Source of the DNA: an alpha proteobacterium BAL199
GTDB lineage: Bacteria; Pseudomonadota; Alphaproteobacteria; Thalassobaculales; Thalassobaculaceae
NCBI GenBank assembly: GCA_000171835.1
Contig: ABHC01000013.1
Location: 104,340 to 168,339, forward strand
Direction of reading: 5' to 3'
Length of the DNA: 64,000 nt
The notes beneath the pieces are model-generated. The model did not search any database and was not told the origin of the DNA. It saw only the letters and a program-made list of their open reading frames with translations. How positions within the stretch are numbered: the first letter of the stretch is position 1; each line of letters starts with the position of its first letter. Position numbers and translations under genes: made by a program. Shown piece by piece: positions 33,001-36,900 of this stretch.

Positions 33001-33199
33001 TGACGGCATCGCCGGGGTGATCGAATACAGCACGGATCTGTTCCAGGCGGGCGATATCGAGGTTCTGGCTCGCCAGATCACCAGGATCCTGGAACAAGTC
33101 GCCGACGCCGACCCGAGTATCGGCGCCCTTGACCTTGGAACGTCGCCGCAGGGCGATGCGCCCGCCATTACACCGCTGTCGATTGATCTGAACTTTTAG
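9029..33199 (+). CDS. Giant hybrid PKS-NRPS (8056 aa): KS-AT-cMT-ACP-AMT | C-(decayed A)-PCP | C-A-PCP | C-A-PCP | C-A-PCP | C-PCP (no A) | C-A-PCP | C
   Basis: KS DAACASSL/HGTGT. AT GQGSQYRGMG/GHSVGE/AFHS. SAM-MT LEIGAGTGGTS. ACP LGLDSLL. Class-III aminotransferase domain with PLP-lysine YGKMIGGG. Seven C domains with HHxxxDG variants at ~15430, 17875, 21040, 24370, 27570, 29095 and 32230. Four intact A domains with (Y/F)TSGSTG(Q/R/K)PK(G/P), NxYGPTE and (N/S)GK(V/I/L)D motifs. Six PCPs with GG(D/H)S. The 19-nt overlap with the upstream gene was seen directly. Confidence 0.9.
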   Translation: MGQVSVTPPQDQQPDIHPSPTDEVAELEAALERSLRVINHLEAALEQRAGDAGTESHQPVAIVGMSCRFPGGANDPAAFWDLLAGGREARAPMAADRWTGPGAPPLGHFLDRVPYGVDDRVFRLSPEEIRGLDPQQRLLLELAFEAFEDAGLPQGQLEGSRTGVFLGLEKADFIRAGLYSGDPERITPYTATGIAGSAAAGRISYLFDLRGPCLSLDAACASSLVAVDQACASLRRGDCTMALAGAVSLMLAPEPFTALTRLGALSPEGRCKTFSADADGYARGEGGAILVLKPLAQAQADGDRIHGVILGSAVRHGGRSNGLTAPNMGSQEEVIRAALDDARIGPDAVDYLEAHGTGTPLGDPIEMAAVEAVFAASRLEAGSPLAIGSVKTNIGHLETAAGVAGIIKVLLCLRHGMLPPHLHFENPSEHIDWPSLPVTVPTEATAWPSSSPSRRRIAGVSAFGFAGTVAHVVLAGAPDGTDICEPATADTTALPDRCWHLVTVSARSEAALAANLDALAAHVSPDDGLGDDGLGDIAHTANTGRTAFEYRAAAVANAASARPATLPATLRGPDLMKGRSGQADAGQIAFAFTGQGSQYRGMGRDLYATSPVFRDALDRCATLLEPELDRPLIDLLYGPAPDPEVIDRTDYAQPALFSVGYALSALWRSWGIHPAVVMGHSVGEITAAQIAGVFSLEDAIRLIAARGRLVQSLTPAGAMAAVFANADTVADRLKDLDGGVVIAARNAPRNTVIAGTPDAVAHAVEHLRQDGIDARALSVSRAFHSPLLDPAVAPFRDVLESLTYNAPTIPLVTNRTGRLATAKITTAEITTADIMTPDAWCRHLLDPVLFEDGVRAVAEAGIRTVIEIGPAPVLSGLARQVDGSDTAPIWMPSLIAASEGWQQMLSTLGQLYVRGVDVDWPGVDRGRVRRRVDLPTYRFQRNHAEPPAPLPVARSVGALARTTPEGPVSEGPVSEGPAFDSVSRGFQAVTTLGRGLLCHAMERLGLFDRLEAAVAPTVDDLRSDLGIDPSYARLFDELLAILARHGVLALAEGRVVATDIRRHTSPADSIPPADSATVVRDHPDLAAMVRLLEVCLDAYPDVLRDTRKAMEVLFPGGSMALVEAVYQSGDIAGYFNRLVADAVRQAVTEIGGTGGAGILEIGAGTGGTSRTVLAALAERETAALAYHYTDISAGFVRQAEIHLGARYPFTRFQTLDIERDIAAQGCREGGYDVVLASNVLHATHDMAHTLAQAARLVRPGGRLIINEVTRSHEFIGMTFGLTPGWWLYQDAEVRQAGSPVLSLASWRRMLAEAGFATVDTHGLDGDDPDDPVQAVIVAYRDGGSAFAAPQDLDIGGHGGAGHRGALEGRLVALVQRISGITVSDGDTATNLFALGLDSLLLMQIKQGMQEEFGVEVSMGQFYNELSTIGDLVDLLARQVSPAPTAAPGPATGSVAQTVPHVPQPAPATAGSRDAILRVVEQQLELMRQQLALLGGDPGAVALPAMPATVPTAPAPPLAAPHPATFASAPAASAPGASAPAASVQGPIDGALSPAQQRLIDDLVRRYTAKTARSKDAMARARPVLADWIATVGFRPELKEMIYPIVSVASQGSHVTDLDGNDYVDLAMGFGVEFFGHRPPFVVDAVRERLDRGFELATQSDLAEETARMVAELTGVERVTFSNTGTEAVMTAFRLARTVTGRKRIVHFKGAFHGFYDGVMAYGGRTGSTPMVPGILQNQIDDVLVLEYGSDEALRVIEAEADSLAGVLVEPVQSRNPDLQPRDFLHALRRITESHGVALIFDELITGFRVHPGGAQAHFGVTADIVTYGKMIGGGMPISVIAGKARFLDAIDGGDWRYGDGSRPAATMTFFGGTFCRHPLSMAAAHATLRFMADHGPALQERVNARTEALAGRLNALFGDRRIPFRVAWFASQFQIRQAMAGGGGETIQSLELAVFFFLLMERGIYTWERRVCFLSIAHDDGDLDRIVSAVADSLDAMLAAGFFGGRSAPPVALTPGQKDMAFRAAQGTAASTAYAEPLVLDLEGPLDIAALQGALDAVIARHDALRVVRIADDAAEIAPKISVAIRRTLDTSRDAGDWLSALCRQPFDLDAGPLIRAHLLELAPERFRFALVLHHLIADGWSAGVVLQELARIYSALAARAPLPELPAPVSFAAYQAWYADRLTRRRATVRGYWRRQLRDVPPLDLPADVLAPSRTSGRGQRLRREIAGDTTTAIRAAARAHHTSSFAILLGTWTALLFRLSGSRRITVGVASAGQSAMGKDTLVGQCSSLLPLIVEVDPALSWTALLERLTAALGELWDHQDVRPEDVIGDDPDLALPPLRASFNQDRDPGGCRFHGLSAALAPAEIGFVKHALALNAIESDGRMLLDFDYDTDLFDPATVSDWADGYRALLDALLLAPDAPIIADGPAPASGPAGRARTADSPPLGIGADAFDRHVEAWIGAAEIAAGDRLHISDAAASALGADGAAALRTAGATVLPAGAQRQPGDGDILLAREASGMPTSAKMLLVDDGTLLDITLADLLRTRPETRLFVVAQPTGLPVSLGVERVDAAREEWRRHGLRAPSPSLNVDVRDTDGRPVLSGVAGNLHLGPTSTGEAARRRSDGTIELLGPADAIVHHRSHPVRASTVAAILLAHPSVRDVALDPAAASFSVQAAIGDSGVDAQTLRRYLLRHLPVWSVPGRVVVVPQFPAPPETPAETTPEVRADGPQTAEIITLFRHVLGGVDVAADDDFFDLGGDSLAATRLVNQVRTVFGVDLAMRSVFEAPTPALLAARLGDAERSTLAPITAGRRPDRLPLSPAQRRLWFLEQFESTATAYVMTVAVRLNGPLDVSALERALNAVLARHESLRTRFPTTDDEPWQEILPAAAARLTLAPVDTTDAALLPTLAALQATDARFDLANDLPVRAILYRLSADRHVLVLRVHHIAGDEESLRPLAQDLRRAYSDASALTPLSLQVADVALWQRDQTYDDQEAFWVRELGDLPSALALPYDTPPGGAGRHRPAGQVPLRIGAALTRRLSDLAHEERASLFMALQAGLATLLHRYGAGDDIPIGAPSAGRSRRELEDLIGFFVNMIVLRCRLGGRPSFRDLLARVRGCNLAAYANQDAPFDRVVDRLRPLRDGEALALQVVLVLGQGDAGALDLPGIDSALLRIPERDAKFDLSVMLAPTEDGGLAGELVYDAHLFRPETAARLADHLVRILQAAVIAPDEPVARLAFLAPAERQPLVAERTETIRIDPDATVTGLLEAQAAATPEAVALVAADGRAMTYSALHRTAATVAGILRRRGIGRGDVIAVLCRRSPDMVVGILAALKAGATYLPLDPSYPPARLAFIVEDAAPALVLSQSELTEILPSDTEVLLLDTVPEACGSNATDAASPPATPDDAAYIIYTSGSTGQPKGAILPHRAVVNYLVWARDTYRPELGRGAPINTSIGFDATITSLFLPLIAGTAVYLIDEEDEIGALAACLSDHRDFSLVKLTPAHLDILRMTMAPEDLAGMARVLVIGGEALSAATVQAWRDHAPETRLFNEYGPTETTVGCIVHEVGPDTPTSGMVPIGRPIANTRIYLLDAEMQPVPVGVAGEVYIAGAGVADGYLRRPELTAERFLADPFGEPGARMYRSGDLARRDADGRMEYLGRADGQIKLRGHRIEPGEIEAALLAQPSVAQAAVILRKDAVGDAELAAYLVPAAGVEPRATAALQQALSERLPAVAVPSSYIWVDAVPLSPNGKVDRARLARVAVAPRQAAAPDDLPCALTERICAAFAAALEVPHVAPDANFFAIGGHSLLAARLIIRLRREVDDGLSLGDLFANPTAADLAGLLAGREQATPRPGLVPTPADADADADYPVSPGQRRLWALDRMEPGRAVYNMACAFLVDGDIGPARLRGALDALMRRHETLRTGFVAVGAEPRQRVHADCAVPLVVEDLSHWPDPLARAKAVADADARTPFDLATAPLWRVRLLALGGTGDAARSVLVLNMHHSIGDGASVPILMRELSAFYASAGATTTGDGISPLAIQYRDYVAWFETWLKTPTAEEDRAYWVARLSGMGDSLDLPTDRPRGLGTSGRGGQIAREFGSAGRGLLALAVEARTTPLAVLIALVRAVLHRYTGATDITLGTVVSGRDEPGLEDQIGFFVNTLALRDPIDGADRFADVVARSAGTLGEALAHATYPFERIVDALAIGREPGRTPLFDVLVTMEEELPRPVFGSASVSRLGDLAVSRHFDLTFFFRATDDGLALVVEYDGDLFDAWRIAQLCDHLETFAGNAVAAPERPILDLDILRPQERDRLIRGFNQTATDYPRDASITELFRAQAALSPDAPAVREAGGNALTYGMLERRSNRVAHRLVDEAGVAPGDLVGLMATRSCDLIVAQLAILKAGAAFVPIDPDYPRGRIDAMLTAVEIRCLIVQDDAPIAVPDRCRRVPLSALDGEAAEGPDRHPSAEDLAYVMFTSGSTGQPKPVAVPHRAVVRLVRDTNFVALGGDDRLLLTGALSFDATTFEIWGMLLNGGTLVLADSRLILDARDLGRLLAEERITTLWLTSSLFNHMVDQGADLFAPLRTLLIGGERLSPPHVAAVRRRLPALRLLNGYGPTENTTFSLVHPIDAVEDGRDIPIGRPIANSRAYILGPGDRLAPVGVVGEIVVGGDGLARGYLGQDALTAERFVDHPELDGERVYRTGDFGCWLPDGSIAYLGRRDRQIKIRGVRIEIGEVEAALRAQAGVERAAVTTRERAGVPELVAYVTGDLAMDTDAVRRDLHTLLPKAMVPAHVLKIDSLPLDGNGKLDYAALPTPTPATPTPATPTPATPTPATPTPATPTPATPTPATPTPATPTPATPTPTTASESTASPDRAASRAASRTPGNPLETALIALWREVLERDAVTVDDNFFDLGGHSLSAIRLAQRIQETLGMSVAVRDLFAMPTIAGLAAHLLTTMMRERLGTPADQPPTHPDQIHPLPPAEDYPATANQRRLWFLHRLDAGLTAYNIVGAWRLDGAVDTDALHGALSRLVARHEALRTVFSGIDGEPRQRVLDTAPPPLSLETVASDAEVEAARDAELGHVFDFGAPLLRVRLLRWTETASVLLVNCHHLIADGWSMRVLLDELADAYRTLRRGELLREGPAPIQYKDAAAWAAARQRGGEGQADLDYWRETLSGDLAALELPTDFPRPALKSYRGAAVRIGVDAATTADIRALSESKNTSLFCILSSLVNVLLYRYTGQCDIRVGTPVAGRGHPGLDRAVGFFADTVVLRNHLDADDAFNTLLDRMTTTLADALAHQSTPFEHVVAAVGADRDPARSPFFDVMVTLAEAERPLVLDGLRAVAMPLPEITTQFDLTFRFQDLGETLALELSYNTDLFSDARITRMANHLKTLIRAAATDGTQSIAHLPLMAAAEAEQVTRDFAFDRAAVDCSPSLAALFEAQADRTPSRPAVVGDDGSVDYRALDHAANGWAAALLDHGLRPEEPVGLALPSGSVALIAAMLGILKAGGAYVPLDPRHPADRLRAMIADAGCRLVLTAETRDASGLADSTLIRAPITPRADRPARIDGGDRLAYILFTSGSTGRPKGVMVEQRAVVNLIHGLNRAIYDPLATTGPLQVAQFASVVFDASVQQIFPALLAGHTLHPVDGALRRDAPALLRWFRARGINVADGTPTLLDMLLEAGLDRTPLPDLRHLILGGEPLSSAALRRLRENPSLAGLAVTNAYGPTETTVDATLFELRGDAPLPAVIPIGTPLPNVEALILDANGEPVPIGVAGELHIGGAGLARGYVAASPADNARFIPHPHRDGERLYRTGDTARWLEDGAIEFLGRRDGQIKIRGHRIEVGDVEAALKRAPGIRHCAVGVQPGGPRPALTAWIVADREIPTADLRRHLAGHLPDAMIPARFQVLPALPLTPSGKIDRKALAAMPLAAMPVTTMPPARQDGAPEVPESALEAGIAKIWEEVLGRSGIGRTLNFFEIGGDSVGVLRVLSRLEHRLGIDVPVDTFYRAPTIADLAAAGAATSIVTAHLQTAHPQTAAATETLAPCSALTPAQHRLWVIAEMDPDNGGYAMPAAFQLDGMLDVAALRRALAVLIERHEPLRTVFPMIEGEPRQKVLPPAPLTLDPELVADLDAARAAMVAEIARPFDLAHGPLLRCRLFRLSERRHLLLVCLHHIIGDGQSLAVMAGELGHAYDALTAGREPALTPLPLTYRAAASAIAARRQDPRAKADRAYWLDRFADPVPPLDLPTDFPRSAETGYDGGVHVVPVDADVAAGLREMAHRSGGTLFAVVLALVARLLQRVSGARDLVIGIPVAGRFNPDFEPLVGLFAETCPVRITGDPDEDFEALLTRVGATVRGAIGHDRFSFDQLVEDLDVQSQAGRSALYDVMVAGQVGEAVPLSLSGLTVDAVPLGPAGSQVDLTVNVLDHGGGLELSIVYRRRLFRAERIAAFADDLIALTRAVGSLDRGTASVESRLLALWREVLGRDGFGIDDTFLSVGGHSLKAARLVRRIWSEFGASVKLRDVFAHPTVRSLAALIEGTEPVPSTAEAPPETRSLGEAVAPASAAQTRLWVLAQMAPDPRVYAMVTALELTGPLNVAALDRAFQALVARHEALRTVFETDGDGVLRQRIQPSDACGFRLEVVDGAAEGPDVPDFNLATGPLFQVRLERRAADRHRLRIAQHHTIGDGWSWTVLARDLSVLYRAALDKSEPDLPALAMQYRHVEVQRSRWLDGPGGAAARRFWLETLSGDIPRVNLPADFPRPKLQSFDGALHAFTLPPRTAERLKAFAEDRGATLFMGLLAAVKALIHRYTGLEDVVVATPVAGRDEAALDDQVGLYMNTLALRTRFSAERGFAALLDALRDGAADAFDHQGYPFDRLVEDLDLPRDLSRNPVFDVLVALQNHAPAEVDLARVTARAEPDAGGIAKVDLSFYFTESETGIGAWVEYNTGLLRPERIRRLEGHFHTLLDSALADPEAALGQLDILTTEEAGAERRWTTAADIPGPTTVVDLFERQAAAKPNAVAVRCQGRHVTYRTLDRWADRIAARLRARADLAPGERVAVDLPRSEALIAAMFGIWKAGLVHVPIAPGDPAERKAFLIADAGCKAVIGGDADSIVPRIDPTNDRSRPTARGAECSPGDVAYVFYTSGSTGKPKGVMIEHRNLAAFARILHGAFGMRDGDAVFALTTATFDISMLELICPLTQGLRVTVADDATVADPALTLADIRDSGVTVLQVTPSRLALLLAQDGGLGAVRLLLVGGEALPAYLAASLRALHGPDGKPIAAFNVYGPTETTIWSTAEEIGDAPPGIGWALPGEVVLILSLAGRPQPVGVPGEIAIAGAGVGRGYLARADLTAERFTADPTQPERRMYRTGDLGLRRADGGIEFLGRVDDQVKLRGFRIEPGEIEAALTGHPSVHQAKVVVRDIAGAPELVAYVVAPTLDLPGPGEADLRARLHETLPPHMVPMVIVALDALPLLPSGKIDRKALPNPEVAPPASASAAALEGPADTLESGVLALWRTVLARPHAGPDDDFFDGGGHSLRAAQLANRVRETFGVAFGLRDVFLLPTARRMVREIARRRTRDLPPLAAVATDGDYPLSHAQRRLFALDRLDPGGCAYLIAGAFRIAGPLDRSALERAMAWLVARHEALRTSFRLIDGDPRQVVEAAPAFTLGYSDLSNAKDPEADAAAIVGTEARTPIRSDAAPLFRAHLLRVARDRHILAFTLHHLIADGWSLGVLLEDLEHAYEAFASDHAPTRPALALHYKDYAAWERVLATTAARERSRTYWHTRLAGPLPVLTLPMANDRPARRSDRGGQVPFAITSELGRALSEKGRKQGATLFMMLLAASASLFHRLTGARDMILGSVTGNRDHSDLETMVGCFVNPLPLRLAVSPDDTLSTVLEGVRTASLEALEHGIYPFDQLVRELGAGRDASRSPLFDIGLTWNALPHMERDRFAGLALSPFGDGAQAAKYDLLIVAGPDGDGIAGVIEYSTDLFQAGDIEVLARQITRILEQVADADPSIGALDLGTSPQGDAPAITPLSIDLNF
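13690..15000 (+). other. PLP-dependent class III aminotransferase (AMT) domain embedded in the assembly line; converts β-keto to β-amino
   Basis: Resembles glutamate-1-semialdehyde aminotransferase-like domains (VTFSNTGTEAVMTAFRLAR; YGKMIGGGMPISV). The position after KS-AT-cMT-ACP matches MycA/McyE-type β-amino acid modules. Confidence 0.8.
16330..17230 (+). other. Decayed adenylation-domain remnant (~300 aa, core motifs lost) between C1 and PCP1
   Basis: Recognisable A7-A9 relics (GRPVLSGVAGNLHLG; DGTIELLGPADAIVHHRSHPVRASTVAAILLAHPSV; HLPVWSVP). There is no SGSTGxPKG, no YGPTE and no A10 lysine. Confidence 0.55.
23476..23625 (+). repeat. Perfect 15-bp tandem repeat (ccccacaccggccac) x9 plus 1 degenerate copy, encoding a (PTPAT)n linker between A2 and PCP3
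   Basis: Seen directly; in frame with the giant ORF. Confidence 0.9.
24671..24760 (+). other. ~90-bp AT-rich (about 33% GC) in-frame patch inside C-domain 4, made of rare codons
   Basis: GC was counted by hand against ~70% background. The frame is preserved and encodes the conserved C-domain segment SESKNTSLFCILSSLVNVLLYRYTGQ. Confidence 0.7.
27180..28660 (+). other. C-PCP module lacking any adenylation domain (C5 HHIIGDGQS, then PCP GGHSLK)
   Basis: The C-domain end (~28420) abuts the PCP (~28450) with no room for an A domain. Confidence 0.65.
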
Positions 33200-33211
33200 C
33201 CAGAAGCCGCA

Positions 33212-33950
33212 ATGAGCAGACTGACGACCTCCCCCGCGCGCGCCGACCTTGCCCGCTATACCGGACACGGGTTCGATGCCCACCGCGCGTTCTGGCAGGA
33301 CCGGACCGCCGCCTGCGTGGACCCGGTGGATCTCGGGGCTGATGGAACCTCCCCGGCAACCCACGCGCATCCGTTCTCCGCGGAGGCCGCCGGGACCCTA
33401 GCGCGGATTTCCGGCGGCCAGGAGCTCGGCCGGCTCGTGGTGGTCACGGCGGCAGTCGCGCGGGTGTTGGCCGCGTGGGGCGGGGGACAGTCGATCCTGG
33501 TCGACACACCACCGCTCCCGACCTCCGCCCATGCCGGCGAACCGGTGGCGATGGTGCTGCCGCTGATGCTCACCGGCACCGTGCGTGATCTGCTGACCGC
33601 GACCCGCGCGGTGATCGCCGATGCCTATGGTCATCAGGACTTCCCGATCCGCCGCTTGTCCGACCCCGCCTTGCCCGAAGCCCGGATGATGATCGCCAGC
33701 CCGGCTCTCCACGACGTGCCGGCGGACAACGAAGCGCGGGACCTGACGCTCACGCTGGACCTGACCCTCACGCTGGAGCAGACCGGCCTGCGGCTGCGCC
33801 ACCGGCTGGCCCCCTGGCGCGCCGCCGCCTTCGCCGCCCAGATCGACCGGGCCGTGGCCGGTTTCGCGGAGACCGACCGCCCGCTCGCCGACATCGACCT
33901 GCTGTCGGCCGGGGAACAGGCCACGGCCCTGGCGTTCGGACGGGGCCCGG
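33212..33950 (+). other. N-truncated condensation-domain half (C*), directly following the complete terminal C domain of the preceding protein
   Basis: Alignment by eye to C-domain C-terminal subdomain motifs; the N-terminal lobe carrying the catalytic histidine motif is missing. Confidence 0.5.
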
Positions 33951-36900
33951 ACGTCGAGATGGCGGAGGAAACCCTTTGGGGGCTGTTCCGGACGGCGGTC
34001 CGGGATCACGGTGAGCGGGTGGCGCTGCGCGATCGCGGGGTCGGTCTGACCTATGGCGACCTGTCCCGTCGGGCCGAAGGACTGGCGCAGGTGCTGCGAC
34101 AGCGTCACGGCGTGAAGACCGGCGATCTGGTGGGAGTGATCGCGGCGCGAAACGCCGAGTGGATCATCGCCCTGCTCGCGATCCTGCGGGCCGGGGCGGC
34201 CTACATGCCGCTGGGAGCCGATCAGCCGGAAGCGCGCCTTGCCGCGGTGGTCGACAGCGCGCGTCCGGCGCTGGTGCTGTCCTGCACGCCTGCGGCACCG
34301 CCTCTCGCCGGGGCGTTGGCGGTCTCGATGCTGCTCGACGCATCCGACACACTGGCGGACGCGGCGATCGGCGACGAGGGGCCGGCGCCGGGCGATCTCG
34401 CCTATGTGCTGCACACCTCCGGCTCCACCGGCCGGCCGAAGGGCGTGATGATCGAGCATGGCGGTTTCGCCACCATGATCCGCCACCAGATCGCCACCTT
34501 CACCATCACGCCCGAGGATCGGGTGGTTCAGCTCGCGGCGGCGACGTTCGATGCCTCCATGTCCGAGATCTTCATGGCCCTGGCGCAGGGCGGCACCCTG
34601 GTGCTTGTGGAGGACGACCAGATCGCCGACACCGCCCGCTTTACCGCCCATCTGGCGGCGGAGGCGGTGACGCTGATGACGATGACGCCGGCGCACCTGG
34701 CCGCCCTTGATCGCCACCCGATGCCGACCGTGAGAATCTTGATCACCGCCGGGGACGCCGCCGATCCGGACACCGTGCGCCACTACGCCCGCACCAAGTT
34801 GGTCTTCAACGCCTACGGTCCGACCGAAGTGTCGGTCTGCGCGTCGATCCACCGGGCCTCAAGCGAGCGCGCGGGCGGCCCAGTACCGACCGGACCGGTG
34901 CCGATCGGCCAGACCACCGCCAACAGCCGGATCTACCTGCTCGACCGGTTCGGCCAGCCGGTGCTGCCAGAACTGCCCGGTGAGATCGTGTTTGCCGGTC
35001 CCGGCGTGGCGCGCGGCTACCTCCAGGCCGATGGCGACGGGAACGCGAGCCCGTTCCTGACCGATCCGTTCGCAACACCGCAACGCCCGGCCCGCGCCTA
35101 TCGCACCGGGGACCTGGGCCGGTTCGACGCGGACGGGACCCTGATCTTCCTCGGGCGGGTCGACCGCCAGATCAAGGTGCGCGGCTATCGGATCGAGCCG
35201 GGAGAGATCGAGGCGACCCTGGCGCGGCATCCCCGGGTGCGGGACGCCCATGTGATGACGGTCGCCGCCCCCGGCGGTCAGACCGAGCTGGTGGCCTATG
35301 CCAGCACGCGCGAGGCGGTCGAGCTTTGGCCGTCGATCGCCGAGTTCTTCGTCTACGACGACGTCGCCTATGGCGCGATGGCCAGCGACACCCGGCGCAA
35401 CGCCAGCTATCAGGCGGCGTTCGAGCGCGCGCTCGCCGGCAAGGTGGTGCTGGAGATCGGTCCCGGCGCCCAGGCGGTGCTGTCGCGGATGGCGATCGCC
35501 GCGGGGGCGCGCAAGGTCTACGCGGTGGAGATCTCCGAACATGTGGCCAGTCAGGCGCGGGACCGGTTGGCGGCGGAGGGTTTGGCGGGTCGGGTCGAGG
35601 TGATCGTCGGCGACATCCGCACGGTCGACCTGCCCGAACCGGCCGACATCTGCATTTCCGAGATCGTCGGCTCGATCGGCGGCTCGGAAGGATCGGCGGT
35701 GCTGATCGAGGCCTCAAAGCGGTTGCTGCGCGAACCCACAGCCCAGATTCCGGCGCGCAGCGTGACCCGCATCGCCGGCGTGTCCCTGTCCGATCTCGAC
35801 CCCGATCTGGCGTTCTCCGATTTGGCGGCAGGCTATGTGGAGCGGATCTTCGAGGCCGAGGGCCGGTCGTTCGACCTGCGCCTGTGCCTGAAGAACCTGC
35901 CCGACGGCGCGGTCGTCACCACATCCGACGTGTTCGAGGACCTGAACTACCGCGCACCGCTGGACTCGGCGAGCCGGCACACCATCCGCCTGACGGTCGA
36001 CGCCGACGGGACGGTGGACGGGTTCCTGGTCTGGCTGCACCTGATCGTCGATGCCGAACACCCGGAGGAGGCGGTGGATATCCTCGACTCCAAGGGGAGC
36101 TGGTTGCCAGTCTTCCTGCCGCTTGACGTCCCGCTCACGGCGCTGACGGCCGGTGACACGATCGTCGCCGAGATCGACAGATCGCTCTGCGCCAACCGGC
36201 TTAACCCGGATTTTCGGATCACCGGCAGCGTCACCCGCGGCGATACGGTGATCGCCGCCTTCACCTGCGATGCCCCCCATGTGGCGGATGGGTTTCGCGG
36301 CAACCGCTTCCACCGGGCGGCATTCGATGCGCACGGCCGGCCCCGCCGCGCAGACCCGCCGGGCGAGGCGTTGCGCCAACACCTGGAACAGACCCTGCCC
36401 GCCTACATGGTGCCGGCCCATCTGATGCTGGTCGACCGGATGCCGTTAACCGCGAGCGGCAAGATCGACCGGGCCGCCCTGCCGGCGCCGGCCCGCGGAA
36501 GCAAAGCCGCCGCCATCGCCCCACGCGACGACCGCGAAGCCGCCCTTGCCGAGGTGTTCGCCCAGGTCCTTGGGCTGGACGGGCTGGGGGTGGAGGACGA
36601 CTTCTTTGCCGCCGGCGGGGATTCGATCCGCGCGATCCAGATCGCCGCCCGGTTGGGCGAGCGGGGGATCAGCCTCGGTTCGGCGGCGATCCTGGAGCAC
36701 CGCACCGTCGCCGCCCTCGCCCCCCTGTCGCGAAGCCGCGCCGACGCCCCCCACAAGGGTCCGGTCACCGGCCCCTACCCGCTCAGCCCGATCCAGGCCC
36801 GGTTCTTCAACCGCTTCCAGCGCGAGCCCCACCACTACAACCAGGCCCTGTTGCTGCGGCCGTCGGAGCGGCTGGAGCCGGAGGCGGTGGCCGGCGCGCT

